Source: Felis catus
Lineage: Eukaryota
Reading direction: 5' to 3'
Assembly: GCF_018350175.1 (NCBI RefSeq)
Contig: NC_058368.1
Location: 75,766,001 to 75,830,000, forward strand
Length of the DNA: 64,000 nt
Positions 61,463 to 64,000 of the stretch are shown here, piece after piece. The notes under the pieces are model-generated. The model saw only the letters and a program-made list of their open reading frames with translations. It was not told the origin of the DNA and made no database searches. The translations under genes were made by a program, and so were the position numbers. The first letter of the stretch is position 1. Each line of letters opens with the position of its first letter.

Positions 61463-63150
61463 AGATAGTATAACCAAGTATCAAAATAAATGGACAATAA
61501 TAACAGTTTTATATACTCTTGACACAAATATGAAGGCCCTAGGGAATACCCCCTCACCCCTCCGAACACACGGATGACACAGAATGACATTAATATGTAT
61601 CTACTTTCTTTCTGCAAAAAGAGGGCATGAGAGGTCCGTGACGATGTTGATATCAAACGAGAATAAGGAGAAATGTTGAAATTACATATTTTTCTTAGAA
61701 ACAAACAAAAAAATGGTGTTCCAAAAAAAATACAGCTTTGTAAATCACATTGAAAAACTGCCAAGAAAATATAAAACTCTCAATTTATCACATTATTTGT
61801 CTACCTATCATGTTTCATCATCTTGAATTGCTATTATTACCACTACTAACACTTATTTTTAATTGTATATTGAAGAAAAAGTACCTAAATGCTGTTTGGG
61901 TTGATGTTGGCCCCTTAATCCTTAATTCTGCATTACACATTAACAACAGAAACAACAACAAAGTAATGGTGTGTTGGATCAAATCTACAGTTCAGAAAAC
62001 CCAGACCTAAATTTCAGTATTCATTTTAAATATTGCATTATTAAATCTTTACAAATCTCCTGCATGGTAAATAGCATTATTTTCAATTTAACCTGATAAA
62101 ACAAAATCTAAAAGAAGTCAAAATGCTTACCCAAGGTCACACAGCGGGATTGTTGACGACACCGGGGAGGACACAGGTTTCCTGAGCTCCTGTGTCCATA
62201 TTCATGCACAGGGCCTCCCTCTACACAAAGGCTGGCCTCCCTCCCTCACTGCAGGGCTTGGGAGATGGGACCAGACACAGAGGCTGAGACTCTGCTGGGC
62301 TCTCCACCACGTCTCCATGAAGTAACAGTCAAGTTCGCTTTTTACGATGTGATAAATTCAGTGGGTCGGCCGTTGTCCAGGACTGTCGGGGAATGGAATA
62401 AAGTAGTCTGAGGATTTGAAGGCACACGTGTTAGGAGGCCAATAGGGCCACAGGGCCAAGGCTTATTCTCCAATATAACTTTTATTAGAGATAGCTCAGC
62501 TGTTTTAATCCCAGGTCTCTGATCCGCCATGTCAGTTTCTTGATTGGCTACAATCTTGGGAGGAAGGAAGAACATGAGTGACTGGCTGCCTTCCCAAACC
62601 TTTCAGAAACTTCACTAATAGAACTAGGACCAAACCCAGGTTGTGTGTGATTCCAAGTAAAGGGACATTTAGGGAACACTGCTGTCATTCTATAATTGGG
62701 AATGAATTTCAAGTGTAAACATGAAGGCAATTTCTGCGGAAAAGGTATATGCATATAATAGAAAGTAGTAACGTTTAAAGACTTGTAAAATAGTAGCTAG
62801 TAGCTATTACTACTGGAAATATTCATAATGGTCAAGGTTAAGAGAATTGAACTCTGATGTAATATACTCCTTAGCATTATTTTTTTTTTTCAAAACCAAC
62901 ACGAAGTACAAATACACACAGAGAACAAGAGATCAAGTGTAAGAAAGAGAAGAAGAGAGCATTAACTGTTATTAATGTTATTTCTTTCAGGAGGTAGGGT
63001 TTCAGTTAACTTTTTAAAATTGTTAGCTTTTCTTTCAGTTTTCTGGTTTTCCTCAATACTCTGCACTGACCATTTACTTTTTTGTATAATTAGATATATA
63101 TTTTTCTCCTTTAAATTTTAATAGCTTTGTGGAAACCACTTTCAGGTGCC

Positions 63151-63599
63151 TGTTGGGCATCTAGTCATTCACAACTCCTTCCTTACTAACAGTTTCCTAC
63201 TTTTTGTATCATGTTGCAATGTACCCAATTTAAAATATTTATCTTCCCAGAATGTCTCGCAGATAAGGTTTGCCAAAATGTGCGAACAGCGGTATGTTAA
63301 TATAAGTAACTGCTGACATATGTCTTCTAGGCTTTTGCATTTTATCCTTTGCTCTCCTTAACCTTCTTCCTGTGAGGAAGATGGCCAGAGATGTACTAGC
63401 CATGTTGCTAACATGAGAATGAGAAGCCATAAGCTAAGCAAGAAATTAGAAGAAATCTGTGTCCTTGATAACATCATCAAGCCTTTGCACAAGCCTGTAC
63501 TACCTACATTTGTGAGGGGGGAAAAATAGCTCTCTACTTTGTAAAGTACTCTGGACGGATTTGCTTTCTATGTAACCAAAAGTAGTCGTAACTGACACA
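63151..63599 (+). mobile_element. Old MLT1 (J/K-like) LTR
   Basis: tagccatgttgctaacatgag...gtccttgataacatcatcaagcc...gtaaccaaaagtagtcgtaactgacaca. Confidence 0.6.
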
Positions 63600-64000
63600 A
63601 AGCAAGAGAAGAAAAACTTTCACTTGCATTCAACTCTGAGCTGTAAATGGAGATGGTACAAAGCCCCTAAATCCAGTAGGCATTTGAATCAAGTGGTTAA
63701 AAAAAGATAAAAGGATCCCAGAAGACTTCCAGAATGGGGAATTTCTCCCAGCATCCTCACTGTATTTCAAAACTTTGGGTACCAAAAATCCTTAATGAAC
63801 ATGCATTAGCGTTCGTTTCAACGTCAACCTCAGGAGTTAGGCTTTCCTTACGAACTGTCAAACGTTATGCAATCGGATATGTTTTCTTTCTGTTCCAAGG
63901 ACTGAAAACAAAAATTTTCATGTAGTAAGACATTTTATGTCAAGTGACTTTAAAAGCAACATTATATATTCCCAAATAGAATTTTAGGACTTAAAAGTAG

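Noticed and set aside
1..64000. CRISPR array, operon or prokaryotic defence system; named host gene
   Set aside because: The sequence is mammalian; recurring repeats are dispersed SINEs rather than repeat-spacer arrays, and no exon translation matched a protein I could recognise.

Overview
Mammalian (carnivore, most likely cat-family) nuclear DNA: about 34 tRNA-derived Can-SINEs of the felid SINEC_Fc type, many with intact target-site duplications (TSDs), plus MaLR (MLT1) LTRs, L1M/L2/MIR remnants, hAT-Charlie MITEs (MER5A, MER20, MER58A) and microsatellites. I recognise no intact protein-coding gene; it reads as a large intron or gene-poor regulatory region. Most interesting: (1) a minus-strand polypyrimidine-AG|GTAAGT site at 18644/18643 that looks like a recursive splice site, followed by a 120-nt exon with stops in all three frames and bracketed by two ~97%-identical young SINEs in inverted orientation; (2) a full-length ~2.5-kb Tigger/pogo transposon fossil (44008-46532) with a 231-bp internally deleted derivative 4 kb away; (3) a few further exon-like segments suggesting an unidentified minus-strand host transcript. 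Repeat subfamily names are from recall of consensus sequences, not a search, and boundaries of old repeats are approximate.
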